Positions 41,417-51,915 of a DNA stretch of 64,000 bases are shown here, in pieces. Each line of letters begins with the position of its first letter. The first letter of the stretch is position 1. Source of the stretch: a phage; the sequence record PZ445437.1. One strand, written 5' to 3'. Position numbers and translations under genes: made by a program. The notes under the pieces were generated by a model that saw nothing but the letters and a program-made list of their open reading frames with translations, made no database searches and had not been told where the DNA came from.

Positions 41417-43594
41417 TTAGGCCGCAAGGGCCTTCATAGTTTTAGCGATTTGGGAAACTTCATCATCACTTAAAGAGTTGCGATAACCGATGAAGTCGGA
41501 AACAATACGGAATTTCTTGGTAAACTCAGCAACCATTTTATCACTGTTTTTTGAAGCATTATTTGATAGTACATCAAAAAGATTAGTTACTGTCCAGATG
41601 TCATGACCGATGGTATCTTTTCCACCATTAAAATATACGCCGCGCAATGAACTAACTATATTAGCGAGTCGTGTATATTCTTCAGAAACTTCATCTGTAC
41701 TGAAGTACTTCATCATAAAATCTAGTTCAGGATACTTGATAATTTTATCAATATATCGTTGAGCTGAACTTGAATAACCTACATACTTATCATAATCTAC
41801 ATCATCAAAAGCATCTACATATAAATCACGCAAAGCTTCAAAAATACATTGGCACTGACCGAGTTCTTTTACCTTTTTCTGTAAAAGCGGACGAATAACA
41901 TAAAATTCATTAATGCCAATAAGATTAGCCATACGAATCAAAATATTCATAGATGGATGACAAAGCGATGTAGTACCATCCATAGAGAAAATATCAGAAC
42001 GATGCATATACGCTACATAACCAGTAATTTCATCTGCTTCTGACGTGAGTGTAAATAGTTCCTCTTTTTCCCATCGCCCATCTTTAATTTCAAATTTAAA
42101 TGCTGTAGCAGCTTTAGGACGAGGAGCTTTACTTTTAACTACCTTTGGAATATAGCTTTTAACTAAAGCTTCAATTTCTGACAAATAATGAATGTTAACT
42201 TCATCACTTTCAAACATTGCCATAATATCAGGTAGTAAATCAATCTGCGATTCTACTTCCGGATTAATAAACAGAAGACGCTCATTGTGATGAATATTTA
42301 AGGTGTTATTAAATTCACTATCATCTAATGCACGTGCTAATCCACGGACAATATTAACACGATTTTTAATATTATCAATAACAATATTAATTTTTGTCGT
42401 ATTAATACCAAACAGACGATAACTTGATGCAACGGCTGAAGTTTCATGACTTTGCTTAATACGCTTCAGTCGAGGGTCAAGATTTACTTCATACACAACT
42501 CCTGCATTGCATAACTTACTGTCAGGTTCAAACATGCTCTGCATCTTCTTATATGACAGATTTTTAGTCGTGAATTTGACTGAATTACTAATCATATAAT
42601 CTCGAGCAGAATACCCCATCTTCATCAATTCACGATATGTATGACGAGGAGATGTAGATTCTTTAAATCGTTTTACATCTTCATTAAATGCTTTCTCACT
42701 GAGTTCTTTAACTCGTTCAATAATATTTTTACGAGTACGATCATCTAGTGAAAGAGCCTCACGAGATGGAGCAATATCAAGTGAACCCATTGGAAACTTA
42801 ATGTAATTCACTTCATTGCGGATGCTTAGCCAGTTACGGTCTCTAATAACACCATCGATAGGATAAACAATACCGCCATAGATAGCATATAATCCACCAC
42901 GATCTGGCCAGTATCTTTCTGGATTTACGCCATAATAATCATCAAAATCCGGAAAATAATCAATTTCGCGGTCAAGACCATTAATGATAGCCAAATCTTT
43001 GAACGGTCGCATGATATAAGAAACTTCATAAGCAAAGTTTCTAAAGTCTTTTTCTTCAACTGGAACTACGATTTCAATACCAGTTTTATCATCTGGACCC
43101 ATTTCTTTTACGAATGTAGGTTTAATCTGTGGGCCATCACCATCCATGTAAGCTACATAACCACGAATTTCACCTTTATGATACGAAGTAATACTAAACG
43201 TATCAGTATAACTAAACGGAGATTTAGAACCTAAACCAAATCCGCCAATGAAATCGTTAGATTCAGCCTTAGATGAACTGAAGTATGAATTATACAGTCC
43301 AGGAGAATTATCATCACCCTGAATATCAAAATCACTCATACCCGGACCAAAATCTCGGCAAACAAATCGCGGGTCTAATCGTCCTGGAACTTGAATGATA
43401 AATTTTTCAGGATTTCCATTGAGAGCATGGGCATCAATCATGTTAGTAATCAATTCACGAACTACTGCGCGAATCTTGTTTGTATACAAATCAGATGACA
43501 GAATTTTAAATACTTTAGGAGACGCTGTGATGCTAAATGCTTTTGATTTAGAACCATTACCAAGAATTGTTTCTTTTTCAGTGGTGATAATCAT
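41417..43594 (-). CDS. rIIA: rIIA (725 aa)
   Basis: 725 aa; GHKL-type ATPase-like N-terminus; recognised as T4 rIIA. Confidence 0.95.
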   Translation of the reverse strand: MIITTEKETILGNGSKSKAFSITASPKVFKILSSDLYTNKIRAVVRELITNMIDAHALNGNPEKFIIQVPGRLDPRFVCRDFGPGMSDFDIQGDDNSPGLYNSYFSSSKAESNDFIGGFGLGSKSPFSYTDTFSITSYHKGEIRGYVAYMDGDGPQIKPTFVKEMGPDDKTGIEIVVPVEEKDFRNFAYEVSYIMRPFKDLAIINGLDREIDYFPDFDDYYGVNPERYWPDRGGLYAIYGGIVYPIDGVIRDRNWLSIRNEVNYIKFPMGSLDIAPSREALSLDDRTRKNIIERVKELSEKAFNEDVKRFKESTSPRHTYRELMKMGYSARDYMISNSVKFTTKNLSYKKMQSMFEPDSKLCNAGVVYEVNLDPRLKRIKQSHETSAVASSYRLFGINTTKINIVIDNIKNRVNIVRGLARALDDSEFNNTLNIHHNERLLFINPEVESQIDLLPDIMAMFESDEVNIHYLSEIEALVKSYIPKVVKSKAPRPKAATAFKFEIKDGRWEKEELFTLTSEADEITGYVAYMHRSDIFSMDGTTSLCHPSMNILIRMANLIGINEFYVIRPLLQKKVKELGQCQCIFEALRDLYVDAFDDVDYDKYVGYSSSAQRYIDKIIKYPELDFMMKYFSTDEVSEEYTRLANIVSSLRGVYFNGGKDTIGHDIWTVTNLFDVLSNNASKNSDKMVAEFTKKFRIVSDFIGYRNSLSDDEVSQIAKTMKALAA

Positions 43595-43604
43595 AATTTC
43601 CTCA

Positions 43605-43808
43605 TTAATTCATATTACGCTTAATAACTTCAGCAACTTCTAGTAGTTCATCTTTAGTTGCGGTGTCGGATTGAATTTTATCTCTAATATCTTTAAAGCG
43701 GTTTTTAAATTCTTCGGCTTCTCCCATATCGAAAAAGCGTTGAATGATTCTATATTCTCGATGAACTGCTTTATCAAAAAGCTCTAAATTTACTTTATAT
43801 GATTTCAT
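43605..43808 (-). CDS. hypothetical protein (67 aa), rIIA.1 position
   Basis: ORF track. Confidence 0.6.
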   Translation of the reverse strand: MKSYKVNLELFDKAVHREYRIIQRFFDMGEAEEFKNRFKDIRDKIQSDTATKDELLEVAEVIKRNMN

Positions 43809-43824
43809 TTCAATATCCTCATTT

Positions 43825-43862
43825 GCCCAATTAATTATACCACATCCTTGTGGTAAAGTAAA
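43825..43862 (-). promoter_or_regulatory. T4-type early promoter
   Basis: attataccac...ggtaaagtaaac element upstream of the rIIA.1-position ORF. Confidence 0.35.
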
Positions 43863-45683
43863 CTACTGGCTCATCCATTCTTTACGAAGGTCAGCATTAT
43901 CTCCCATGAGCATTTCAAAAAGCTCTTTCCAGTTCTCAGGAAGTTTAACAACATCATATACTGGGTTTTGAATCATCTCACGATATTCAGATTTTTCCAA
44001 AGAGCCAAGTCCCTTAATATAACGGATGCTATGTTTAGGTAGAGCATCTTTGGCACTCTCATATTCAGCGACTGTATAAAACCATTCTTGTTTTTTACCG
44101 ACCTGAGCGATGATTACAGGAGTTTTGACAAAGCGAATTCGTCCTTGCTCAAACAATTCTGGCCAATTACTAAAAAACCCGAGCAGAGAAGGATAAATGC
44201 TTCCTAGACCATCATGGTCAGCATCAGTCATAATAGCAATATTATGATAATTCAAGTTTTCAGCTTTTTCACCAAGAACTAATCCAGTGATTGCGCAAAT
44301 ATCAAATAGTTCTTTATTTTTAAGCATATCAGCATATGACATACCCCAACTGTTGAGAACTTTACCACGCAATGGATAACCACCATGAAGTTCTTTATCA
44401 CGAACATCAATAAGATATCCGATAGCAGAATCACCCTCAGTCAAGAAAAGAGTAGTATCAGCATCTTTACCGCAAAGATTCGCTTTGATATGTTTATGAA
44501 CCTTAGCTTTAGAAGCCTTTTTAGCTGCTTTAGTTTCTGCTGCTTTTTCTGCCGCCAATTTACGAGCCAAAGCAGCTTCAATAATCGGCATTAGAATTGC
44601 TTCATTATTTAGAATAGCACGTGAAATCTTTTTAGCATCAAGTTGAATATGACTACGGATTTCACCAAATGGAGAAGTCAAACGCTCTTTAGTTTGAGAA
44701 TCAAATCGCATGTTTTTCATATCACGGACAAACATAACGATAGTCAAACATTCTTTGACACGTGCTTTAGTTACATCAATTTTGAACTTACGTTTGATTT
44801 GTGGAATAAGGTCTTCACAAATATCATCCATAACACAGTCAATGTGATGGCCACCATTCTTAGTATGAATGTTATTGACGTATGTTAATTGACGAAAACC
44901 ATCTGGTGAACGACCAACCGCAATAGAACAATTTTCTTGTTCTTGAACGATAGCATGTTCATCATACTGTCGTGCGTATTTCTTAAAATTACCCTGAACC
45001 TTTTTACCATTAAAGGTAAATTGAATATCAGGATAAACAACAGCAAGTGTCTGGAGACGATCCAGTGTAATGTCAAGATAAACTTGGGACAGCTCATTAG
45101 TTTCAAATGACATAAAATCTGGAATGAAAGTAACACGAGTTCCTTTCCATTTTCCAGGAATAGTTTCCCAGGATTTATTTTCCATGCCATTTGAACAACG
45201 AACTACAATATTATTTTGACCATCGCCAGTTTCACCGACAAACATCACAGAAAAAATGTTAGTTAAACTAGAACCAACACCATTCATACCACCGGTGACA
45301 CGTTCTTTATCATCACCAAAGTTACCACCCGCTTTTGGAATAGTCCAAGCAGCAACTGGACCAGGAATTTCTTCACCGGTAGGTGTTTTAACCATCGCTT
45401 GTGGAATACCACGACCGTTATCTTCAACTGTTACTTGATTGTTTTTGATAGTAACATTAATTTTATTTGCGAATTTAAACTTAGTACGAATACCTTCATC
45501 TACTGAGTTATCGATAATTTCATCAATAAGCTTAACAAGACCAGGTACATACTGAACACTTTCCCATTTACCAAACAGAAAGCGCTCATGCATTTCATTA
45601 GCAGAAGAGCCAATATACATGCCGCTACGCTTTTTGATATGTTCAATATCGCTCAGAATTTTAATTTCATTCTTAATCATCAC
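43863..45683 (-). CDS. 39: DNA topoisomerase II large (ATPase) subunit, unsplit gene 39 (606 aa)
   Basis: GyrB-like GHKL ATPase plus TOPRIM region in one continuous ORF; equals T4 gp39 plus gp60 fused. Confidence 0.92.
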   Translation of the reverse strand: MMIKNEIKILSDIEHIKKRSGMYIGSSANEMHERFLFGKWESVQYVPGLVKLIDEIIDNSVDEGIRTKFKFANKINVTIKNNQVTVEDNGRGIPQAMVKTPTGEEIPGPVAAWTIPKAGGNFGDDKERVTGGMNGVGSSLTNIFSVMFVGETGDGQNNIVVRCSNGMENKSWETIPGKWKGTRVTFIPDFMSFETNELSQVYLDITLDRLQTLAVVYPDIQFTFNGKKVQGNFKKYARQYDEHAIVQEQENCSIAVGRSPDGFRQLTYVNNIHTKNGGHHIDCVMDDICEDLIPQIKRKFKIDVTKARVKECLTIVMFVRDMKNMRFDSQTKERLTSPFGEIRSHIQLDAKKISRAILNNEAILMPIIEAALARKLAAEKAAETKAAKKASKAKVHKHIKANLCGKDADTTLFLTEGDSAIGYLIDVRDKELHGGYPLRGKVLNSWGMSYADMLKNKELFDICAITGLVLGEKAENLNYHNIAIMTDADHDGLGSIYPSLLGFFSNWPELFEQGRIRFVKTPVIIAQVGKKQEWFYTVAEYESAKDALPKHSIRYIKGLGSLEKSEYREMIQNPVYDVVKLPENWKELFEMLMGDNADLRKEWMSQ

Positions 45684-45728
45684 TTATCCTCGTTTGGTTT
45701 CGGGAATATTATACTCCGGTAATCATAA

Positions 45729-45748
45729 AGCTAAAGGCCCGAAGGCCT
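45729..45748. other. GC hairpin GGCCCGAAGGCC (terminator-like)
   Basis: Inverted repeat flanked by A/T runs between gene 39 start and upstream ORF stop. Confidence 0.35.
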
Positions 45749-45749
45749 T

Positions 45750-46019
45750 TTATTTAAAACGAATAGTTGAATCCTTAAAGAACAGCCCAGAACATACTGT
45801 TCCTTCTACTTTCTGCCCAGTAGGTCCAACAGCACGAAATCCAGTATGTTGGAAATCATTTTCAGAGCAACCGAACCAGTTATATCCAGTGATTTCAATA
45901 TTCGTAAAACCACTTGATGATAAAATTTTAGTTGCATTATCAGCATCAGTGCATCCTACTAAAGATACTGCTAATACTAATGCTGCGATAGAACGATTAA
46001 CATATTTCATAATTTTCAC
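45750..46019 (-). CDS. predicted lipoprotein (89 aa)
   Basis: Signal peptide with lipobox LVGC. Confidence 0.55.
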   Translation of the reverse strand: MKIMKYVNRSIAALVLAVSLVGCTDADNATKILSSSGFTNIEITGYNWFGCSENDFQHTGFRAVGPTGQKVEGTVCSGLFFKDSTIRFK

Positions 46020-46387
46020 TTAAATTTAATGGCTTGAAGGAGACTAATAATTCTTAAACGGCTTCTTTCATCTTTAACTGTAAAAGAAAGAGGGTCGCCA
46101 GATTTCATAGTAATAGTGCATTCAAAATCAAAATCTTCTGTGACTTCTTCGAAGAAGTCAAATTCTTCATCATAAATTAGAACACTACTTTGCAGACTGT
46201 GGAGAGTTTTTCCAGCATTTCCAGATGCTGTACCAATCATTGTAACATTATGACCTTTCATATCTTCAACGATAAATTCGTTTGTCAATATTACAGCATT
46301 AATAGAACTATTCCTATTACTAACAGAAAGTAGAAATTTCTGTTCTTCACCTTCACGAATACGATATTTCTTACCAATTTTAAACAT
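46016..46387 (-). CDS. hypothetical protein (123 aa)
   Basis: ORF track. Confidence 0.55.
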   Translation of the reverse strand: MFKIGKKYRIREGEEQKFLLSVSNRNSSINAVILTNEFIVEDMKGHNVTMIGTASGNAGKTLHSLQSSVLIYDEEFDFFEEVTEDFDFECTITMKSGDPLSFTVKDERSRLRIISLLQAIKFK

Positions 46388-46389
46388 AA

Positions 46390-46566
46390 TTACCCTTTAA
46401 GTAAGTCGTAAAAACCACCATTCACATGCTTAGGAGCAGAAGGCCGACGAGTAGACAGACGATGACATTTAGGGCAAACATCATTTTCTCGTTCAGAAAT
46501 CTTTTTAATTTTTTCATATTCATGCCCGCAATCTTCGGATTGGCATTTATAATCATACATTGGCAT
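46390..46566 (-). CDS. small zinc-ribbon protein (about 58 aa), not in ORF track
   Basis: Hand translation MPMYDYKCQSEDCGHEYEKIKKISERENDVCPKCHRLS...: CxxC...CxxC. Confidence 0.35.
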   Translation of the reverse strand: MPMYDYKCQSEDCGHEYEKIKKISERENDVCPKCHRLSTRRPSAPKHVNGGFYDLLKG

Positions 46567-46568
46567 AA

Positions 46569-46994
46569 TTATTCCTTAAAATGTGCTTTCAACATCTGAT
46601 ACAAGGACCATGCATGTTCATTATTTTCAATAGTAACTTTCATGACCGGGAATTCTGTGAAATCTTCTATTTGTTCTTGCTCTTTCTCTTCCTGCTCTTG
46701 CTCTTCGGCTGCCTGGTATGGATTTTCCACTTCATCAAAGAATACAGCTTCGCTCGTTGAAAGCCAGATAAAATCTTCATCCAAAATATCTTTACCAGAA
46801 GATAACGCCAATTTTCCACTAGATGTCACAAGTTTAGTAGGACGACCAAGATAGTCAATATCTGTAACTCTAAAAGGTTCCATACCAAGACGACGTGCAT
46901 AAATTCCGTTTTCAGTATGGTCCTTGATAAAATCTTCTTGAGCTTGTTTATTTTTAAATTGATACCATTTATTAACTTCAAATTTAATAGCCAT
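46569..46994 (-). CDS. hypothetical acidic protein (141 aa), goF-position
   Basis: ORF track; length equals T4 goF but identity not verified. Confidence 0.5.
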   Translation of the reverse strand: MAIKFEVNKWYQFKNKQAQEDFIKDHTENGIYARRLGMEPFRVTDIDYLGRPTKLVTSSGKLALSSGKDILDEDFIWLSTSEAVFFDEVENPYQAAEEQEQEEKEQEQIEDFTEFPVMKVTIENNEHAWSLYQMLKAHFKE

Positions 46995-47209
46995 TAATAA
47001 GTTTCCTTCCAGTAAGTTGTGCCATCTTCAGTAATTTCACGAAATACACCGTAAATTGGTTGTTTATCACCAACCTTTTCATACACATAAACCGAAGTCA
47101 AGTGAGTAAACTTAACGGTATGTTCTTTTTGAACTACTACCAAATCTGGATCGAATAGTACATCTTCAAATTCGTCATTAGTGCAATTCTGAACAATTTT
47201 ACGTTTCAT
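46994..47209 (-). CDS. hypothetical protein (71 aa), cef-position
   Basis: ORF track; length equals T4 cef but identity not verified. Confidence 0.45.
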   Translation of the reverse strand: MKRKIVQNCTNDEFEDVLFDPDLVVVQKEHTVKFTHLTSVYVYEKVGDKQPIYGVFREITEDGTTYWKETY

Positions 47210-47222
47210 TACAATTTCCTCA

Positions 47223-47504
47223 TTAATTGAACAGTGGAGCGATGCGTTTCAGAAGAGTAGCAGCACCTTTAGCGAATTTTACATCATGAAAAACAGTTTC
47301 TTCTTCCGTTACAACACGAGCTTTAATGTTTTCACAATCCCAATTTTTGCGAACAATCTTCAAAAGCTGCAGTAAATCTTTACATTCAGCAATATCGATA
47401 ACACATCCACGAGAATCTTCCATTATCGCACGATAACCGTAAGCCATACCATAATCATTGAAAGATTGCTCGATGATAATTAAATTTTCCATTTTATTCT
47501 CCAA
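47223..47504 (-). CDS. hypothetical protein (93 aa)
   Basis: ORF track. Confidence 0.5.
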   Translation of the reverse strand: MENKMENLIIIEQSFNDYGMAYGYRAIMEDSRGCVIDIAECKDLLQLLKIVRKNWDCENIKARVVTEEETVFHDVKFAKGAATLLKRIAPLFN

Positions 47505-47589
47505 GTTGTTTTCTGTATCAGTAGTTGATATTGATATAGTACCATAATCAACTACTGATGTATATAGTTTTATGAAAAAATTTTAAACT

Positions 47590-48081
47590 TTATGCATAGC
47601 GAGCTTTGCTATAGTGTTTAATCCAACTTTCAGGAATGACTTTGTATGTTCCTAAAAATACCGCGTTGTATAACTTAACGCCATCTTCTACCCATTGATC
47701 AGTAATGTATGCACACATAGCGCGAGTACGGTTAACAACACCTTCCTCACCTTCAGTAAATTCAAACTCATAAGGAGCAACGAACTTAATAGCCTGACCG
47801 AGTTTCCACTTAAAGTCTACACCTACATGCGAAGTATCAATCGTTTCAATTCCTTTAGCAGGAACAGCTTTCAAAAACGCAGATTCAAGAAATTTCGCAC
47901 GAACATAGCCAAACTGAGGTTTAGACTTTCCATCTTTAGGAATGATACGCACTTTTACTTCAGAATCTTCATCTTTAACACCGTGTTTAAGCTGAATGCT
48001 TACAACTTCGACCAATTTTCCTGCCGCTTTAGAGCGGGATTTATCAGATACACGAGCTAATTCACCAATATTAATAATCAT
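47590..48081 (-). CDS. motB: MotB-like protein (163 aa)
   Basis: Length and position as T4 motB. Confidence 0.65.
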   Translation of the reverse strand: MIINIGELARVSDKSRSKAAGKLVEVVSIQLKHGVKDEDSEVKVRIIPKDGKSKPQFGYVRAKFLESAFLKAVPAKGIETIDTSHVGVDFKWKLGQAIKFVAPYEFEFTEGEEGVVNRTRAMCAYITDQWVEDGVKLYNAVFLGTYKVIPESWIKHYSKARYA

Positions 48082-48094
48082 AGTTATCTCTCAC

Positions 48095-48160
48095 TTGTTA
48101 AAAAGATTTTATACTCCACGGGACCATTATACTCTGGTCCCAAGAGTTTGTAAACTAGCT
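48095..48160 (-). promoter_or_regulatory. T4-type early promoter upstream of motB
   Basis: ccattatactc...tttgtaaac element. Confidence 0.4.
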
Positions 48161-48592
48161 TACACGAACATTAATCACTGCGCTGCGAGGAACTACAGAG
48201 TACTCTCCAGCATGAACTACGTTCAGAAGTTCAACACCATCTTCAATCCACTGATCAGTCACCCATCCACCCACAGGATTCGCGAATGGACGACGAATAT
48301 AAACTGCCTTACACAGTAGATCAGTTGGATCTTCAGGTTTTTCAATTTCTGTCAATAGACTAAAATCTTTTTCATAAATAATAAGCGGTGATACCATTCC
48401 ATAATAGTTTCTAATTTCAATATACATCATACCGATAAGAATTCCGCTATTAACACTAATAACAGTAAAAGGATATCCGCCAGTTAAACCAAGAAGTTCA
48501 CAAAACTTATTATGAGCTGTATTAGACAGTACCGAAAAATTCTTAATTTCATCAAATTTTTTCAATTGATAAACAGCATTATTTTTAATCAT
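48155..48592 (-). CDS. hypothetical protein sharing C-terminal domain with MotB (145 aa)
   Basis: C-terminus WVTDQWIEDGVELLNVVHAGEYSVVP parallels MotB YITDQWVEDGVKLYNAVFLGTYKVIP. Confidence 0.6.
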   Translation of the reverse strand: MIKNNAVYQLKKFDEIKNFSVLSNTAHNKFCELLGLTGGYPFTVISVNSGILIGMMYIEIRNYYGMVSPLIIYEKDFSLLTEIEKPEDPTDLLCKAVYIRRPFANPVGGWVTDQWIEDGVELLNVVHAGEYSVVPRSAVINVRVS

Positions 48593-48602
48593 AATTTTCT
48601 CT

Positions 48603-49154
48603 TTAATCTAAGGTAATAAAGCCTTTTAATTCGGCATGTGACTTGCGGAACATTACTTGATGCCCACCAATGATAACTTGGTCATCTGGCACTTCATAAA
48701 TCGCAATGTACATTCCACGTTCTTTTAAGTCTTCACGCTCTTCTCGAGTGAACCATCTCATCATATCATATTCGCTAGCGAAAGCAAAATGATATAATGC
48801 AATAAACCACAATGGAATATAATTTTCAATTCGTGAATAATCTTTATTCCATTTAGTTTTAATAACATCATTAGCATTTTCAACTAATAACTTATCATCG
48901 TGTGGAATAGGAATACTTTCATGGCTTTCATAATTATCGCTATGATGATGAAATGACGATGAATTAATACCGCAAAATTTTAGCCAAGTTCGAGTTTTCA
49001 TAGAATCAAATCCACGATAAGGAGTTGATTGAACGCATAACTCTTGCCTAATTTTGACTATACCACTATCATCATTTAATGCGCTAAACGATGATTCAAC
49101 ACGATAAATTTTCATTTTATTATCCTCAGTAGCTATGGTGTTATAATACCACAA
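48603..49154 (-). CDS. hypothetical protein (183 aa)
   Basis: ORF track. Confidence 0.55.
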   Translation of the reverse strand: MWYYNTIATEDNKMKIYRVESSFSALNDDSGIVKIRQELCVQSTPYRGFDSMKTRTWLKFCGINSSSFHHHSDNYESHESIPIPHDDKLLVENANDVIKTKWNKDYSRIENYIPLWFIALYHFAFASEYDMMRWFTREEREDLKERGMYIAIYEVPDDQVIIGGHQVMFRKSHAELKGFITLD

Positions 49155-49178
49155 CTAACCGAGGAAGTAAACAACTTT
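49125..49178 (-). promoter_or_regulatory. T4-type early promoter
   Basis: gttataatacc...aagtaaac element. Confidence 0.35.
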
Positions 49179-49862
49179 TTATCGTTTTGTTGGAAGAGAT
49201 AGAGGATCGCACTCTTCCTCTGACGGAGCATCTTCAAGACCCATAGCATAGCGCAAAGCATACTTCATCATCAGGATGTCTTTCGCACAGTCATGAATAG
49301 AATCATGTGCAACGAATCCATCTAAAGTTCCCTTTGGAAGAGGACATGTGGTCATATCACGAACAAGCAGAAGTGCTTCAATTCTGGTACGAATATCACG
49401 CTGATTCCAGAATTTACAAGGTTCTAACTTAAACGTATCAAGCTCATTCTCGGAAACGCCGTTAAGACGTTGAATATCGCGAATGAGATCGACTAAAATT
49501 GGAAAATCAAACGACATTCCACGGCACCAACCTTGAGATTTCCAAGGATCGATATTATGTGCATTGATGTAATCATTAAATTTTGCAATACCATCGATAG
49601 TGCTTACATCTTCATCGGATGGTGCAATATTTTTTCGAGCTTCAGGAGACTGATTTTTCCACCATTCGATAGTGCTTTTAGTAAAAAGACGGTGTCCTTT
49701 TTGACTTTTTAAGTCAAATTTAATTTTAATGCCACGTGAAACTAATTCATCAAATGTTTCAACGACTTCTGGATTAGGGTCAAAAGCAATTACAGCCAAA
49801 TCAATAACAGCTGCTTTTTCACCGCTTCCCATTGTTTCAAAATCTATAATAAAATCAAACAT
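49179..49862 (-). CDS. dexA: exonuclease A (DEDDh 3'-5' exonuclease), 227 aa
   Basis: N-terminal DFETMG exo motif; 227 aa as T4 DexA. Confidence 0.85.
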   Translation of the reverse strand: MFDFIIDFETMGSGEKAAVIDLAVIAFDPNPEVVETFDELVSRGIKIKFDLKSQKGHRLFTKSTIEWWKNQSPEARKNIAPSDEDVSTIDGIAKFNDYINAHNIDPWKSQGWCRGMSFDFPILVDLIRDIQRLNGVSENELDTFKLEPCKFWNQRDIRTRIEALLLVRDMTTCPLPKGTLDGFVAHDSIHDCAKDILMMKYALRYAMGLEDAPSEEECDPLSLPTKR

Positions 49863-50119
49863 TAAACTTTCCTCGCTAAATCGCGAATTTGGCCTACAGT
49901 ATAGTCTTGAATATAAACTTTATTAATAGGCTCATCAATAAATTTTGCCATAGATTCAATATCTTTTTGTATCTCTTTAAGACTGTATACTATCTTTGAA
50001 GCTTTTTCGCGAATAGTAATATTTTCAGGACCTGGATTTTCTTCAATGACAGCTTTAACATTTGTCATAAGAGATTTAAACTGGTACCAACTCAACTCAA
50101 TCATTAATAATCGCCTCAT
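49862..50119 (-). CDS. hypothetical protein (85 aa)
   Basis: ORF track; paralogous to next ORF. Confidence 0.55.
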   Translation of the reverse strand: MRRLLMIELSWYQFKSLMTNVKAVIEENPGPENITIREKASKIVYSLKEIQKDIESMAKFIDEPINKVYIQDYTVGQIRDLARKV

Positions 50120-50357
50120 AAAGATAGCTAATTTCGCCTAAAACGTAATCATTGATTGTAACAGTTTTCACTTCACCGCAAAAGAATTCTAACGCAATTA
50201 AATCTCGTTCAATTTCTTCTAATTGAAGCATCAACTTATTAGATTCAATTTTTACAGTTTCACGATTTTTACCATGAGCAATTTCATAAATTTCGCTAAC
50301 TTTATCCTGAAGAAGATAAAACTGATCTTTAGTTATTTCCACGAATAGCTTCCTCAA
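50097..50357 (-). CDS. hypothetical protein (86 aa)
   Basis: ORF track; paralogous to previous ORF. Confidence 0.55.
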   Translation of the reverse strand: MRKLFVEITKDQFYLLQDKVSEIYEIAHGKNRETVKIESNKLMLQLEEIERDLIALEFFCGEVKTVTINDYVLGEISYLYEAIIND

Positions 50358-50589
50358 ATTTAATTAGTAATTTACAGACACTTTCATCTAGTGTAATTAC
50401 CGTATCTGTATTACTGTGATATGATTGTTTTTCAATTCGTTTAATTGCTAATATAGTATCACTTATAAGATAAAGCTTATGAAGGAGCTCAGCTCCTGTT
50501 ACCATAACATTAAGATTATCTTGCTTATTAGTATGCTTCCTTATACCATCTATTAGACGATTTAAATATTTTGAATTGATGTTAATCAT
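50329..50589 (-). CDS. hypothetical protein (86 aa)
   Basis: ORF track. Confidence 0.5.
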   Translation of the reverse strand: MININSKYLNRLIDGIRKHTNKQDNLNVMVTGAELLHKLYLISDTILAIKRIEKQSYHSNTDTVITLDESVCKLLIKFEEAIRGNN

Positions 50590-50595
50590 ATAACC

Positions 50596-51915
50596 TCACA
50601 CATAAAACACATCATAACGACCACGGGTAACACCAACATAAAGAAGTTGTTGGGCCAATTCAGCATCTGCATAATGAATACAAGGCGTATAAATGAAAGC
50701 ACGGTCTACAGACATACCCTGAGCTTTATGGAATGTTGATGCAGGAAGTGCTTTCACTTTACTAAACTGTGATTTAGCATCCCAAAAATCACTCCACGGA
50801 GCTTTTCCGCCTTTGTTCCAATTTTTATAAGTTTCTGCCGTTTTACCTAAAAATAGGTTAAACTTATACAATTCTTCATCGGATGAAATTATTTTAATCT
50901 TTTCACGATAATATTCATCATCGCCGTAAGTTTCTACTGTTAAATCCCAATGACGAATTAGATATTCTCCAGGAACACCACGAGCTTTAACAAACGTCGA
51001 TGTATACTCTGCTTCTATAATACGAACTAATTGTCCGTTATTAAAAATAATTTCTGACACAGGCTTTCCATCAATTTTATATGTTTTAATTAATGGTTCC
51101 TGCATTACAATAATTTCACCGACAATAAAATCTTTATCAGTTTCAAAAATCTTTTTACGAATAATGCTATTTAACTTGTCAACAGATTTATTCGTAAATG
51201 CCATTACGCGATTTTCAAACAAATCATCTAAAGATTTGACGATTGAAAAATAATTTACCATAAAATCGCGTAAAGCGGTATCACCAGTAAATCCACGTAC
51301 TCCATGCCCGTCAACAACTTTATCATAAATCCACTTACCGTTACGAACGTCAGTAGCTACATCAATAATAGGAGCATTACTGCGTTTAACTTCAGTGAGT
51401 TCACACTGATAAAAATCTTTGTGTGTAAAGAACGGACTGATATAAGCAGTGTTTTCTCCTGGGTCAACAGGTCTAATTTGCTTATTATCGCCTATTCCAA
51501 TTATAGTACACCATGGTGGAATAGTTGAAAGCAGAATTTTAAATAGCTTTCTATCATACATTGACACTTCGTCGCAGATTAATACCCTGCATTTAGCTAA
51601 ATCTGGTACTTCCTTCTGCTCAAAAAGAACATTTTCTTCATATGTTACTGGGTTAATTTTAAGAATACTATGAATAGTACTTGCTTCTTTCCCTGATAGT
51701 TTTGAAAGAATCTTTTTAGCTGCATGAGTAGGAGCTGCTAAAATAATACCAGTTTCACCCGTAGATATTAAAGCTTCAATGATGAACTTAGTAAGAGTAG
51801 TCTTACCGGTACCGGCAGGTCCATTAATAGTTACATGGTGTTTCTTTTCTTTAATAGCCTTCATAACAATGTTAAAGGCATTTTTCTGGCCTTCGGTCAA
51901 ATCATCAAATGTCAT
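50596..51915 (-). CDS. dda: Dda DNA helicase (SF1B), 439 aa
   Basis: Walker A GPAGTGKTT, DEVSM Walker B; recognised as T4 Dda. Confidence 0.93.
   Translation of the reverse strand: MTFDDLTEGQKNAFNIVMKAIKEKKHHVTINGPAGTGKTTLTKFIIEALISTGETGIILAAPTHAAKKILSKLSGKEASTIHSILKINPVTYEENVLFEQKEVPDLAKCRVLICDEVSMYDRKLFKILLSTIPPWCTIIGIGDNKQIRPVDPGENTAYISPFFTHKDFYQCELTEVKRSNAPIIDVATDVRNGKWIYDKVVDGHGVRGFTGDTALRDFMVNYFSIVKSLDDLFENRVMAFTNKSVDKLNSIIRKKIFETDKDFIVGEIIVMQEPLIKTYKIDGKPVSEIIFNNGQLVRIIEAEYTSTFVKARGVPGEYLIRHWDLTVETYGDDEYYREKIKIISSDEELYKFNLFLGKTAETYKNWNKGGKAPWSDFWDAKSQFSKVKALPASTFHKAQGMSVDRAFIYTPCIHYADAELAQQLLYVGVTRGRYDVFYV

Noticed and set aside
40447-41430. GC hairpins at 40452-40466 and 41414-41428 as transcription terminators
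   Set aside because: In minus (coding) sense neither is followed by a U-run, and the second overlaps the rIIA coding end; more likely RNA stability or processing structures.
43863-45683. Translational bypass or programmed frameshift in the topoisomerase large subunit
   Set aside because: The ORF is continuous through the region corresponding to the T4 gene 60 hop; no take-off/landing codon pair or internal stop is needed.
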